A DNA stretch of 64,000 bases from an uncultured Desulfobacterales bacterium (GTDB lineage Bacteria; Desulfobacterota; DSM-4660; Desulfatiglandales; HGW-15), in contig CAYUBQ010000003.1 in NCBI GenBank assembly GCA_964443135.1, positions 62,174 to 126,173 on the forward strand, given 5' to 3'. The notes under the pieces are model-generated. The model worked only from the letters and a program-made list of their open reading frames with translations, was not told the origin of the DNA and made no database searches. Below, piece after piece: positions 42,356-50,954 of the stretch. The position numbers were made by a program, and so were the translations under genes. How positions within the stretch are numbered: position 1 is the stretch's first letter; each line of letters begins with the position of its first letter.

Positions 42356-42940
42356 ATGAGGAGGAGCCGGAGTGAGGTGACGGATCCGCTCGAGATCGAG
42401 CGCATTCTGGGATCCACGAACATCGGCCGGTTGGCCACCCTGGGAGAGGACGGGTATCCCTACATCACGCCCGTCAACTTCGTGTTCCACCAGGGGGGCG
42501 TCTACTTTCACTGCGCGCCCCGGGGGGAGAAGCTGGACAACATCCGCCGGGTTCCCCGGGTCTGCTTCCAGGTGGACGTGCCGCTCGCCTACCTGGACGT
42601 CGGCTTCGATCCGGATCGACCCACCTGCCACCTGCACCAGTTCTACCACTGCGTCATCATCCGGGGCACCGCCTCGGTGGTGGAGGACCTCCCCCTGAAG
42701 GTGGCCGCCTTGAACGCCCTGATTCGCAAGCACGAGCCGGAAACGTCCTTCGAGCCGGTGACCGGGGACACCCCCCAGCTGAAGGCCTGCGAGGTGGTGG
42801 AGGTCCGGCCCGGGACGACCACGGCCAAGAGCGACCTGGCCCAGGGGAAGGACGAGGCGTTGCGGATGCGGATGGTCCGGTACTTCGCCGGCCGCGGCCG
42901 GCCCGGTGACGCGGAGACCGTGAAGGCCATGGGCGGGTAG
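42356..42940 (+). CDS. Pyridoxamine 5'-phosphate oxidase-family (FMN-binding split-barrel) protein
   Basis: IGRLATLGEDGYPYITPVNFVFHQGGVYFHCAPRGEKLDNI is typical of the family. Confidence 0.85.
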   Translation: MRRSRSEVTDPLEIERILGSTNIGRLATLGEDGYPYITPVNFVFHQGGVYFHCAPRGEKLDNIRRVPRVCFQVDVPLAYLDVGFDPDRPTCHLHQFYHCVIIRGTASVVEDLPLKVAALNALIRKHEPETSFEPVTGDTPQLKACEVVEVRPGTTTAKSDLAQGKDEALRMRMVRYFAGRGRPGDAETVKAMGG

Positions 42941-42971
42941 CCCCCGCCCCGTTTTGGACAGGTAGACGCTC

Positions 42972-43655
42972 TCAGCGGTCTTCCCGATTTCGTCCCGGGG
43001 GGCGCCTCTCCAGCTCCCGGCCGCGGCGTCGGAGCTCCTCCTCGGCCATGCGAAGCGCCGTCGGTGTGAGAAACCACTCCCCGCGCCGCAGGCCGAGACG
43101 CCGGTGGAAGGCGCGGGGGGAGATCTGCTGCCGCTCGATCTCTTTCCAGAACCCCTCTTGGGAGTACCGCCAGAGCTTGTCCGCGTCCTTCACCAACCGC
43201 TCCTCGAGGCTCGAGGACTCCAGGGTGGAGTCGTGACGTTCGATGATTCGAACGATCCGGTGTGTCAGCGCCCGGTCGTAATCCAGGGATTGGAGGATTC
43301 GGCGGGCGATGGAGGCCCCCTCGATCTCATGGATCCGGTTCACCTCCCTCGCCTCGGCCCTGCCCTCGGCACGTACGCCGAACGCAGCCGGGATCTTGCC
43401 CGGTTCCACGGCGGACCATCCCACGTCGTGGAGGATGACGGCGGGCTCCACGACCTCCCGTGCACCTCCCTCCCGTTCCATGAGGGCGAGGGCGCACCGG
43501 TGGGCGACGCGCGTGTGGAGGCGGTCTCCGCGGACCTCCAGGCAGGGATCGGCCGCCTCGAAGAGGCGGGCCGTGAACTCCGGCCAGGCCGTGGGGTTCA
43601 CGGACGCATCCGCATCGTTGCCTGTGTTTCGCTTGCTTGCGTCATCTCTTGACAT
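42972..43655 (-). CDS. HD-domain phosphohydrolase-family protein
   Basis: H...HD pattern (VAHRCALAL, VILHDVGW) and a downstream DADKL motif. Confidence 0.8.
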   Translation of the reverse strand: MSRDDASKRNTGNDADASVNPTAWPEFTARLFEAADPCLEVRGDRLHTRVAHRCALALMEREGGAREVVEPAVILHDVGWSAVEPGKIPAAFGVRAEGRAEAREVNRIHEIEGASIARRILQSLDYDRALTHRIVRIIERHDSTLESSSLEERLVKDADKLWRYSQEGFWKEIERQQISPRAFHRRLGLRRGEWFLTPTALRMAEEELRRRGRELERRPPGRNREDR

Positions 43656-43776
43656 CTTCGGACTTCTTTCCCATACTTGACGGAATACTGCGATCCGGGT
43701 CCGCCCGGCGCACGCCGAGAAACGAGCTCCCTCCCTGGATCGGGTCCGGGGCGGGGATCGAATCGACGCATCGCCC

Positions 43777-45531
43777 GTGCGGGCGGTGCGACCTCCGAAA
43801 GGCGGCCCAGCCTTGACTCACGAAGGCCGGCACCATAAGACCGTGGCGTACCTCGTACCCGTTCCGGCGGAGAGCTTCACCCATCCGGTGCGGCTGGAGC
43901 ACGACGAAACCACCATCGGCCGGGACACCTCCAACCGGATTCGCCTGGCCCACGGCACGGTCTCCCGCTCTCACGCCAGGATCTCCAAGATCGGCGACCA
44001 GTACGTCCTGACCGATCTCCAGTCCCGAAACGGCACCTTTGTCAACCGGACGCGCACCCAGCGAGCCACCCTCCACTCGGGCGACACGATCTACTTCGGC
44101 AACCGGGCTTTCCTCTTCAAGCTGGAACACACCGAAGCCTCTGCACCTGAACTGGAGACGCCTCTCTCCCTGCCGGCGACGGTGACCATCACCGAGGACG
44201 CGGACATCGATCCCGCCGATCTCCTGGCCCGGGAGGCGGACCAGGCTGTCCACACCTTTCTCCACCTCTCGGAGGCCGGCGGGGATCGGACCGATCCCGC
44301 CGGCGTGGCCCATCAACGACTCTACCTCCTCTACCAGCTGACCGAGCAGGTTCGCTCGGGCGGAGAGCCGGACGAGGTGCTGGGCCGGGGCCTCGACCTG
44401 ATCTTCCAGGCCGTGCCGACCGCGGAGCATGCCGTGGCCCTCCTCAGGGAGGAGGGGACCGCGGGACCCCTGGAGGTCCGGGCGGTCCGGTTCCGGAACC
44501 CGGCGAAGGACGGCGGTCCGATCCCGATCAGCCGTACGGTGCTCGACTGGGTCGTGAGCGAACGGGTGGCTCTGGTCAGCCGCGACGCCCCGGACGACTC
44601 CCGGTTCGAGACGTCCGAGTCCATCAGGGTGCACAGCCTCGAGTCCATCATCTGCGTTCCCATGATGAGCGGCCGCCAGGTCATCGGCGCCATCCACCTG
44701 GACACCCGCGACTACCTGAACCCGCTGACCGGACCCGACATGGAGTTCGTGGCGGCGGCGGGCAACGAGATCGCCGTCTGGATCGAAAACCACCGCCTGC
44801 AGCGCAACGCCATCCGGAACGAACGTATGGCGGCCATCGGCATGACCGTCACCAATGTGGCCCACAACCTCAAGAACATGCTTCACATGAGCATGAACGC
44901 CGTCGCCATGATGAACCAGCGTCTGGAGGAGGTCGAGGACGACAAGATCCACACCCGGTGGCATCTCGTTCGGCGGTCTCTCGAGCGGATGAACCGCCTG
45001 GCGGCCGACATGCTCGAGTTTTCCCGGATCGAACCGCCGCCGCAAACCTGGATCGACGTGAACGATGCGCTCTACGACAACAAAGAGCTTTTCGAAAAGC
45101 AGCTGAAAGGGGCCGGCATCGATCTGGTGTGGGATCTGGCCCCCGACCTCCCCGAAGGCCTTCTGGATCCCGTACAGCTTCAGCGGGCCGTTCTCAACCT
45201 GGTGGTCAACGCCGAGGACGCGCTGAAAGGCGTCCCGAACGCCCGGATCGTGATCTCCACCTCCGTGGACGATCGCCGGCGTCTGACCGTCGGCGTCTCG
45301 GACAACGGCTGCGGGATCCCGCCCGACGAGCTCGACAAGGTGTTCCAGCTGTTCTACACGACCAAGGGGTCCGACGGAAGCGGCCTGGGCCTGCCCATGG
45401 TCCAGAAGTTCGTGAAGGCGGCGAACGGCAGGGCCGAGGTGGAGTCCGAGCCTGGCGAGGGCACCACCTTCCGGCTGGTGTTCCCCCGGGCCTTCGAAGA
45501 GGCCCCCCTGCGGGCTGCTCATCAAGGGTGA
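43777..45531 (+). CDS. Sensor histidine kinase with N-terminal FHA and central GAF domains
   Basis: FHA (TIGRDTSNRIRL..VSRSHARI..LTDLQSRNGTFVN), a GAF-like middle region, the H-box TNVAHNLKN and the ATPase G-boxes DNGCGI and GSGLGLP. The start is uncertain; an alternative GTG is at 43843. Confidence 0.85.
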   Translation: MRAVRPPKGGPALTHEGRHHKTVAYLVPVPAESFTHPVRLEHDETTIGRDTSNRIRLAHGTVSRSHARISKIGDQYVLTDLQSRNGTFVNRTRTQRATLHSGDTIYFGNRAFLFKLEHTEASAPELETPLSLPATVTITEDADIDPADLLAREADQAVHTFLHLSEAGGDRTDPAGVAHQRLYLLYQLTEQVRSGGEPDEVLGRGLDLIFQAVPTAEHAVALLREEGTAGPLEVRAVRFRNPAKDGGPIPISRTVLDWVVSERVALVSRDAPDDSRFETSESIRVHSLESIICVPMMSGRQVIGAIHLDTRDYLNPLTGPDMEFVAAAGNEIAVWIENHRLQRNAIRNERMAAIGMTVTNVAHNLKNMLHMSMNAVAMMNQRLEEVEDDKIHTRWHLVRRSLERMNRLAADMLEFSRIEPPPQTWIDVNDALYDNKELFEKQLKGAGIDLVWDLAPDLPEGLLDPVQLQRAVLNLVVNAEDALKGVPNARIVISTSVDDRRRLTVGVSDNGCGIPPDELDKVFQLFYTTKGSDGSGLGLPMVQKFVKAANGRAEVESEPGEGTTFRLVFPRAFEEAPLRAAHQG

Positions 45532-46400
45532 GCGTCTCCCCGCGGGACGCTCTCCCCCGAGGCCGCCGTCCGCCGCATCCACTCCTGAACCGCCTCCCGA
45601 ACCATCCGCTCGTATCCCCGAAGGCCTCCGAGCCCTTTCCGCCCGAACTGGAAGTTGATCTCCACGACCAGGGGGGGGGCGCCTCCCACGGGGAACATGA
45701 CGTCGAAGGCCGCCAGGTCGATGCCGGTTCTCCGGCCCAGTTCCCGGGTCAGGTTCCTTCCCTCCTCCTGCAGGCCCGGCAGGAGGTCGTGGTCGATTCG
45801 GGCCCCCTTGCTCACGTTGTTGTAAAAGGAGTCCCCGCCCACCCGGAAGTAGCTCACGACCCGGCTTCCCATGAGCACCACCCGCAGGTCCCTTCCGGCG
45901 TTGTCGATCCACTCCTGGGCCAGGACGGGTTCCTCCGGCGGGAGCCGATCGAGGCGTCGCAGATACTCGGTGCGGGAGGCAACGGGAAAGACCGCGGAGC
46001 CTCCTCCCCCGGTGTCGCCCTTGAGCACGAAGGGGAAGGGCAGGGGCGGCGGCCCGGCTCCAGCGGCCCTTGCAGCCGCTGCGGGTGAGGGGTAGAGCAC
46101 GGTGTGGGGATGGGGTACCCCGAGGCGCCGGAAGAGACGGATCTGCCCGGCCTTTCCACGGTAGGCGTACCGGGGTGCCAGGTGAGGGAAATGGGATCTG
46201 GCCAGGGGGACGACCTCGCGGTAGCGACCGGGCGGGCAGTACTTGGGCATGAGCACGCCCGTCGCGCCGGCGATCAGACGGGCGGCCGCCTCGTCCAGGG
46301 GACCGATGGGCGGCAGGTTCTCGTCCAGCCGGATTCGGTGATGGAGCGAGACGAAGTAGCTGTCGCCGCGCGGACTGCTCTCCGATGCAGGGCTCTCCAC
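45522..46400 (-). CDS. ATP-grasp (RimK/glutathione-synthetase-like) protein
   Basis: FPFVLKGDTGGGGSAV, LAQEWID and EINFQFGRKG motifs fit the ATP-grasp fold. The GTG start abuts the upstream stop. Confidence 0.8.
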   Translation of the reverse strand: MESPASESSPRGDSYFVSLHHRIRLDENLPPIGPLDEAAARLIAGATGVLMPKYCPPGRYREVVPLARSHFPHLAPRYAYRGKAGQIRLFRRLGVPHPHTVLYPSPAAAARAAGAGPPPLPFPFVLKGDTGGGGSAVFPVASRTEYLRRLDRLPPEEPVLAQEWIDNAGRDLRVVLMGSRVVSYFRVGGDSFYNNVSKGARIDHDLLPGLQEEGRNLTRELGRRTGIDLAAFDVMFPVGGAPPLVVEINFQFGRKGLGGLRGYERMVREAVQEWMRRTAASGESVPRGDAHP

Positions 46401-46841
46401 CTACTCGCCCACGAGGTGCCAGGTCTGGGTCCGGAACAGAAAGGCGATGTACCCCCTGACCTTCAGGGTGTCTCCTTCGCGCCAGATCTTGCACCGGTAG
46501 ACCTTGCCGTTGTCGGGATCCAGGATCTTGCCGTCGGCGTACTCCTCCCCGCCCGCCTGCCTTTGCAGGTCCCACATGATCTCCATGCCCAGGACGGGTT
46601 GGCCCTTTTTCCCGCCCGGACACTCCTCGCAGCGCTTGCCCGGGTCGCTCTGCAGCAGCTTCACCACCTCTCCGCAGAGCACCCCGTCTCTCTCGAAGAT
46701 CCGGACGTGGGACTTGGCCGTCTCTCCGTCGTCGTCGATGGTCTTCCAGAGACCGACCGGAGAGCTCTCGGCACAAACGGGTCCCGCAAGGAGAAGGGCC
46801 AGGACCAACAAGGGCAGGGTTCTTGCGATGCGACTCGTCAC
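46401..46841 (-). CDS. DUF2147-domain secreted protein
   Basis: Signal peptide, then GLWKTIDDDGETAKSHVRIFERDGVLCGEVVKLL...GKILDPDNGKVYRCKIW, the canonical DUF2147 pattern. Confidence 0.8.
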   Translation of the reverse strand: MTSRIARTLPLLVLALLLAGPVCAESSPVGLWKTIDDDGETAKSHVRIFERDGVLCGEVVKLLQSDPGKRCEECPGGKKGQPVLGMEIMWDLQRQAGGEEYADGKILDPDNGKVYRCKIWREGDTLKVRGYIAFLFRTQTWHLVGE

Positions 46842-46901
46842 GGTGACCTCCGTTTCATGAGAAGTGCGGGAGGCCCATTATAGGAATGCCGCCAGGGGGT
46901 G

Positions 46902-47690
46902 TCAACGAGCCGGCCGGGCCGAGATCTCCTCGAGGAGGTCCGGGCTCGAGGCCGCGGTGAGGCGGAACCGGGTGTCGCGCTGCAGGGGGAAGTCGCGGAA
47001 AGCCTCCCCGTCCACGGCCCACACGCCTCCGGCCTGCTTCAGGATGAACAGGCCGGCCGAGACGTCCACGGCCCGGATGGACCCCCGTTCGTCCACGTGG
47101 GCGTCGAGCGAGCCTTCGGCCACCCGGCACAGGCTCGAGGCCGCGCACCCGGCGGCCCGGATGTGCCTTGCCCGGGTGATCAGGGGAACCATCCTGGAGA
47201 GGTCGTTCATCTTGCTCACGTCCATGGAGATGAGACCGTCGCGGTAGGCAACGGGCCGCGACACCATGACGGGCCGACCGTCGCGCATCGCCCCCCGGAC
47301 CGGGTCGGCCGCGTACGTGGATCCGGACGGCAGATCCGAGACCAGGGCGGCGACGACCTCCGACTGAAACCGGCCGCGCGCGGCGCTGAGGCTCACCACG
47401 CTCGGCGGCAGGCCGCGGGCCAGGTTCGTCGTCCCGTCCACCGGGTCCGCCGTGACGGTGACCTCGCCTCCCCCGAAGGTCTCCTCTCCCTCCTCGCTCA
47501 CGAGCCTGGCGGAGACGCCCCGGCCCCGAAGCGTCTCCACGACGGCCTCGTGGGCCTGGAGGTCCAACCGCTCCTTGAAGGAGGGGATGGACACGGTTCC
47601 CCGTTCGGGGAGCAGATGCCGAATGCGTCCCCGCACGGCGCTCGCCGCCTCTCGGAGGATTTCATGCCAGAAAAGGGAGATCGAATCCAT
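46902..47690 (-). CDS. Inositol-monophosphatase-family phosphatase (IMPase/CysQ-like)
   Basis: SEEGEE, DPVDGTTN and the downstream D..AG motifs of the Li-sensitive phosphatase family. Confidence 0.85.
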   Translation of the reverse strand: MDSISLFWHEILREAASAVRGRIRHLLPERGTVSIPSFKERLDLQAHEAVVETLRGRGVSARLVSEEGEETFGGGEVTVTADPVDGTTNLARGLPPSVVSLSAARGRFQSEVVAALVSDLPSGSTYAADPVRGAMRDGRPVMVSRPVAYRDGLISMDVSKMNDLSRMVPLITRARHIRAAGCAASSLCRVAEGSLDAHVDERGSIRAVDVSAGLFILKQAGGVWAVDGEAFRDFPLQRDTRFRLTAASSPDLLEEISARPAR

Positions 47691-48198
47691 GGGCCCTCAT
47701 GGCATCCAGAACGGCGTTCACGGACCGTTCCGGAGGCGACGCCCCGTCCACGCGAACCTCGGGCGACTCGGGCGCTTCGTAGGCGAGCTGCTTCCCGGGG
47801 ACGGTCTTCGCCTTCCCCTCTTCCGCTCTCCGGTAGATACCCTTGGGGTCCCGTTCCACGCACAGCTCCAGCGGGGTGTCCACGAACACCTCCAGGAACC
47901 GGGGGAAGGTCTCGCGGGCCCTCCGGCGCCACCGGCGCCGGTGGGCCGTGGCGTCGAAGACCACGTTCACCCCGTTGGAGGCGAGCAGGAACCCGATGTG
48001 GATCATGGCGTTGTAGAAGGCCTCGCGCTCCTCGGCGGTGTAGCTCGGTCGGGGGGTGAGGACCTTTCTGAGGGCGTCCGACTCGAGGATCTGGACGGCG
48101 ATCCCCATGGCCTCGACCTCTGCGGTCAGCCTGTGGGCGACGGTGCTCTTGCCCGAGGCGGGAAGCCCCGTGATCCAGACGGCCCAGCCCGGTGTCAT
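47662..48198 (-). CDS. cysC: Adenylyl-sulfate (APS) kinase-like P-loop kinase
   Basis: WITGLPASGKST P-loop, a LESDALR-type motif and FVDTPLELCVERDPKGIY. Confidence 0.85.
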   Translation of the reverse strand: MTPGWAVWITGLPASGKSTVAHRLTAEVEAMGIAVQILESDALRKVLTPRPSYTAEEREAFYNAMIHIGFLLASNGVNVVFDATAHRRRWRRRARETFPRFLEVFVDTPLELCVERDPKGIYRRAEEGKAKTVPGKQLAYEAPESPEVRVDGASPPERSVNAVLDAMRAHGFDLPFLA

Positions 48199-49289
48199 GG
48201 CGTTTTCCCCAAGAGGCGATCGACGGTGGTTGGATCGAACATATCGTCCTCGAGCACGCTTCGCGCGAGCTGGAGAAGAGCCCTGCGAACCGCGGGCTCG
48301 TAGTCCGGGTACCAGACCGGGCTGGCCAGCACCAGCAGGCGCCAGGTGAGGTGCGGGGGCAGAACGGAGAGGATCTCCTGGTCCCCGGAGACCTCCAGAT
48401 AGGTCCGGAAAAAGGTCTCCCACAAGGTCCGGAACGGCGGGGTGAAGGCCTTCTCGTGCAGCAGGCCCCAGAACAGGTAGTTGACGGAGAGTGCGGCCAG
48501 GTCGTCGGCGGGCTCGCCCCAGGAGCCCCGGCTCCGGTCCAGCACAGTGAAGTCCGTGCCGTCCCGGAACAGGAGGTTGAAGGGGTGAAAGTCGCCGTGG
48601 ACCCGGCTGAGGCGGTGGGTGAACCGCTTCAGCCGCCATCGCCAGTCGATGCAGCGCTTCTCGATGTCGATGAGCATTTCGGGAGAGACGTCCGGGTGAT
48701 CCTCGGGATAGCTGTCCGTCAGCCCCATGAGACATTCGTTGTGGCCGACCAGCTCCCGGGTGCGGCGTTTGTACATGCCGGGATCATCCTGCTTGTCTGC
48801 GTGGATCTCGGCCAGGTAGCGGGCCAGAGCGCCGCTGCGCTCCAGGTCGAGAGCATCGGGCCTTCCCGCCCGCTTGATCCGGTTCAGGTCCTCGGCGTAC
48901 ACGGTGCCCTCCACGAACTCCGTGACGAGAAAGAGCTCCTCCACCGGGGCCAGCGAGGTGGGGCCTTCCGGGGTAAAGCCTCCCACGTCCAGGGCCCGGA
49001 CGTGCCGGGGCAGGCTGTTGAACCCCCGGTACTGCCACAGGAGGAGGGCCGCCCTGTCGCTCATTCTCTGGTGGCCGAAGCCGCCCGGGTTCACCGTGCT
49101 CAGCACGACGGAAACCTGCCTCCCGTCCGCTTCGAGGTCGATCTTGAGGGGGGTGCCGTACCCGTAGCCTTTGAGGGCGCCGGGGCCGGGTTTGGTCTCC
49201 CCCAGGGGGGTGATCTCCAGGACCCGCACGGGGGCGCCGTACCGGCCGGCCAGGTATCGCTCGAGCTGCTTGCGGTCGATCGTCGGCAT
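48195..49289 (-). CDS. Phosphotransferase-family kinase (APH/ChoK-like fold)
   Basis: HGDFHPFNLLF catalytic-loop motif followed by VLDRSRG. 364 aa. Its stop overlaps the cysC-like start (ATGA). Confidence 0.8.
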   Translation of the reverse strand: MPTIDRKQLERYLAGRYGAPVRVLEITPLGETKPGPGALKGYGYGTPLKIDLEADGRQVSVVLSTVNPGGFGHQRMSDRAALLLWQYRGFNSLPRHVRALDVGGFTPEGPTSLAPVEELFLVTEFVEGTVYAEDLNRIKRAGRPDALDLERSGALARYLAEIHADKQDDPGMYKRRTRELVGHNECLMGLTDSYPEDHPDVSPEMLIDIEKRCIDWRWRLKRFTHRLSRVHGDFHPFNLLFRDGTDFTVLDRSRGSWGEPADDLAALSVNYLFWGLLHEKAFTPPFRTLWETFFRTYLEVSGDQEILSVLPPHLTWRLLVLASPVWYPDYEPAVRRALLQLARSVLEDDMFDPTTVDRLLGKTP

Positions 49290-49493
49290 GGCTGCACGGG
49301 GTGGGCGCAAGGGGGGGAGCCGGCAAGGTGCGCCCGTTTCAGAGCCGGATCCGTGTCGAGGGAATCCATCGATCCCTGTATACGAACCATAAGGCCTGTC
49401 CGGGCACAGGTCAAGCAGGCTCCGGCCGCCGTCTTCCGTGGAAGGCACGCACCGTGCGGCTGGGTGATGGGTGTGGTCATGAGACCCCTTGGG

Positions 49494-49548
49494 ATATGAC
49501 TTTGTTTATAAAATATTTAAATTGAATAAAATTTATATATAATTAAGA
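49494..49548. promoter_or_regulatory. Extreme AT-rich tract in a divergent intergenic region
   Basis: ATATGACTTTGTTTATAAAATATTTAAATTGAATAAAATTTATATATAATTAAGAG. It contains TTTAAA-N16-TATAAT on the plus strand. Confidence 0.5.
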
Positions 49549-49709
49549 GCACCGCTGCTGGGAAGGCAAGGGGTGCGGCAGAGGCAGATCAGTGGCTTCC
49601 GTGCTGTTTGCGACGCCACTAAGGTTTGACACCTCGGGGAGGATTGGCTACCTTCTCCGGCACCATATCCCGTGCCGAAGCTCCGGACGGGAGCGTTCAA
49701 GGAGCATCC

Positions 49710-50954
49710 ATGATCTCGAGCGCATTCAGATCCGGCTTGAAGAAGACCCTGTTCAGCCTCGTCGCCATCCTCCTGGGGCTTCTCCTCGCACTGGCGATCG
49801 CTGAAGGGGCCCTTCGGCTCACCCGGACCGCGCCCTACCACAGGAACGCACTGAACTCCTTTCACGAGCCGGACCCGGACCTGGGCTGGCGCGGCCTGCC
49901 CGGGTTCACCGGGGTGTTCGTGCGGGAGGACTTCAAGGCCCGCATCGCCATCGACGAGCAGGGGTACCGCGAGAAGGGGGCCCGAACCCGGCCCCTGCCG
50001 GATGCCGAGAAGGTGGTCTTTCTGGGGGACTCCTTTGCCTGGGGATGGGGCGTGAGCCAGGGCGAGCTGTTCAGCGACGTGCTCCAGGACCTGCTGGGGC
50101 CCCGGTACGACGTCGTCAACCTGGGCATCAACACCTTCGGCACGGTCCAGGAGTGGATCCAGATGGAGAAGGAGGTGGTTCCCATGGGGCCGGGCCGGGT
50201 CGGCCTCCTGTTCTATGGGAACGACCTCGAGGACAACCTGAACGGCCGGGGGGAATCGAGGCCCTACTGCGAGGTGGAGGCGGGCCGGGTCGTGCTCAGG
50301 AACCTCCCCGTTGCCAACCCCATCGGCGGCGGCCTGCGCTCCGTCATGCGCCACTCCTACGCGCTCACCCACCTGCGCTACTACCACAACGTGTTCCGGG
50401 AGTACGTGGACCTGGCCGAGGCCCGCCTGAAGCAGTGGCTCCGGGAGCGCCGGGAAAGCGGGAAAGTACCGCGGGACCCGGGGAAACGGGAGAGAGCGGA
50501 GGAGGAAGAGCCCGCCATGGGAGAACAGGTGGCGGTATTCGAGCACGCCCTCTCGCGGATCGCCCTCCTCTGCCGGGAGAACGGGATCGACCTCTTCGTG
50601 GTCTACGTGCCCACGGGGGACAACATCGCCTCCGGGAGGCCCGAGTACGAGCAGATCCGGATCGTCCGGGGCGTCTGCCGCCGCCATGGCATCCCGCTCG
50701 TGGACCTGATGCCGGACTTCATCGCCGGGATCACCGGGACCGAGGGGGAGCCCTACTACTTTCCCCTCGACCTCCACTGGACGCCGGAGGGGCACCGGCT
50801 CGCCGCGGAGATCATTTACAGGCGGGTGTTCGGAGGGAGGCCGCTGCCTCCTCCGCGCCGCCCGGCCTCACCTTCACGCCCTGCGCCTTCAGGATGCACT
50901 CCAGGGCGGCGAGAAAGAGGACGACGTTCCTCCTGCACGAGGCGTGTCCCATGA
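49710..50954 (+). CDS. SGNH/GDSL-type hydrolase-family protein with N-terminal membrane anchor
   Basis: TM helix, then VVFLGDSFAWGWGV (block I), GINTFGT, and a DLHWTPEGH-like block V. The 3' end overlaps the convergent gene by 143 nt. Confidence 0.7.
   Translation: MISSAFRSGLKKTLFSLVAILLGLLLALAIAEGALRLTRTAPYHRNALNSFHEPDPDLGWRGLPGFTGVFVREDFKARIAIDEQGYREKGARTRPLPDAEKVVFLGDSFAWGWGVSQGELFSDVLQDLLGPRYDVVNLGINTFGTVQEWIQMEKEVVPMGPGRVGLLFYGNDLEDNLNGRGESRPYCEVEAGRVVLRNLPVANPIGGGLRSVMRHSYALTHLRYYHNVFREYVDLAEARLKQWLRERRESGKVPRDPGKRERAEEEEPAMGEQVAVFEHALSRIALLCRENGIDLFVVYVPTGDNIASGRPEYEQIRIVRGVCRRHGIPLVDLMPDFIAGITGTEGEPYYFPLDLHWTPEGHRLAAEIIYRRVFGGRPLPPPRRPASPSRPAPSGCTPGRRERGRRSSCTRRVP

Noticed and set aside
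43642-46776. 1044-aa minus-strand ORF, the longest in the track
   Set aside because: It is antisense to the FHA-GAF histidine kinase and out of frame across the ATP-grasp and DUF2147 genes. It has low-complexity R/G/P/A composition and no domain signatures.
49550-49700. SRP (4.5S) RNA-like string GGGAAGGCAAGGGGTGCGGCAGAGGCAGATCAG in the SGNH-gene leader
   Set aside because: It lacks the conserved AGCAGCC/GGUCAGGUCC domain IV strands, and no closing helix is evident.
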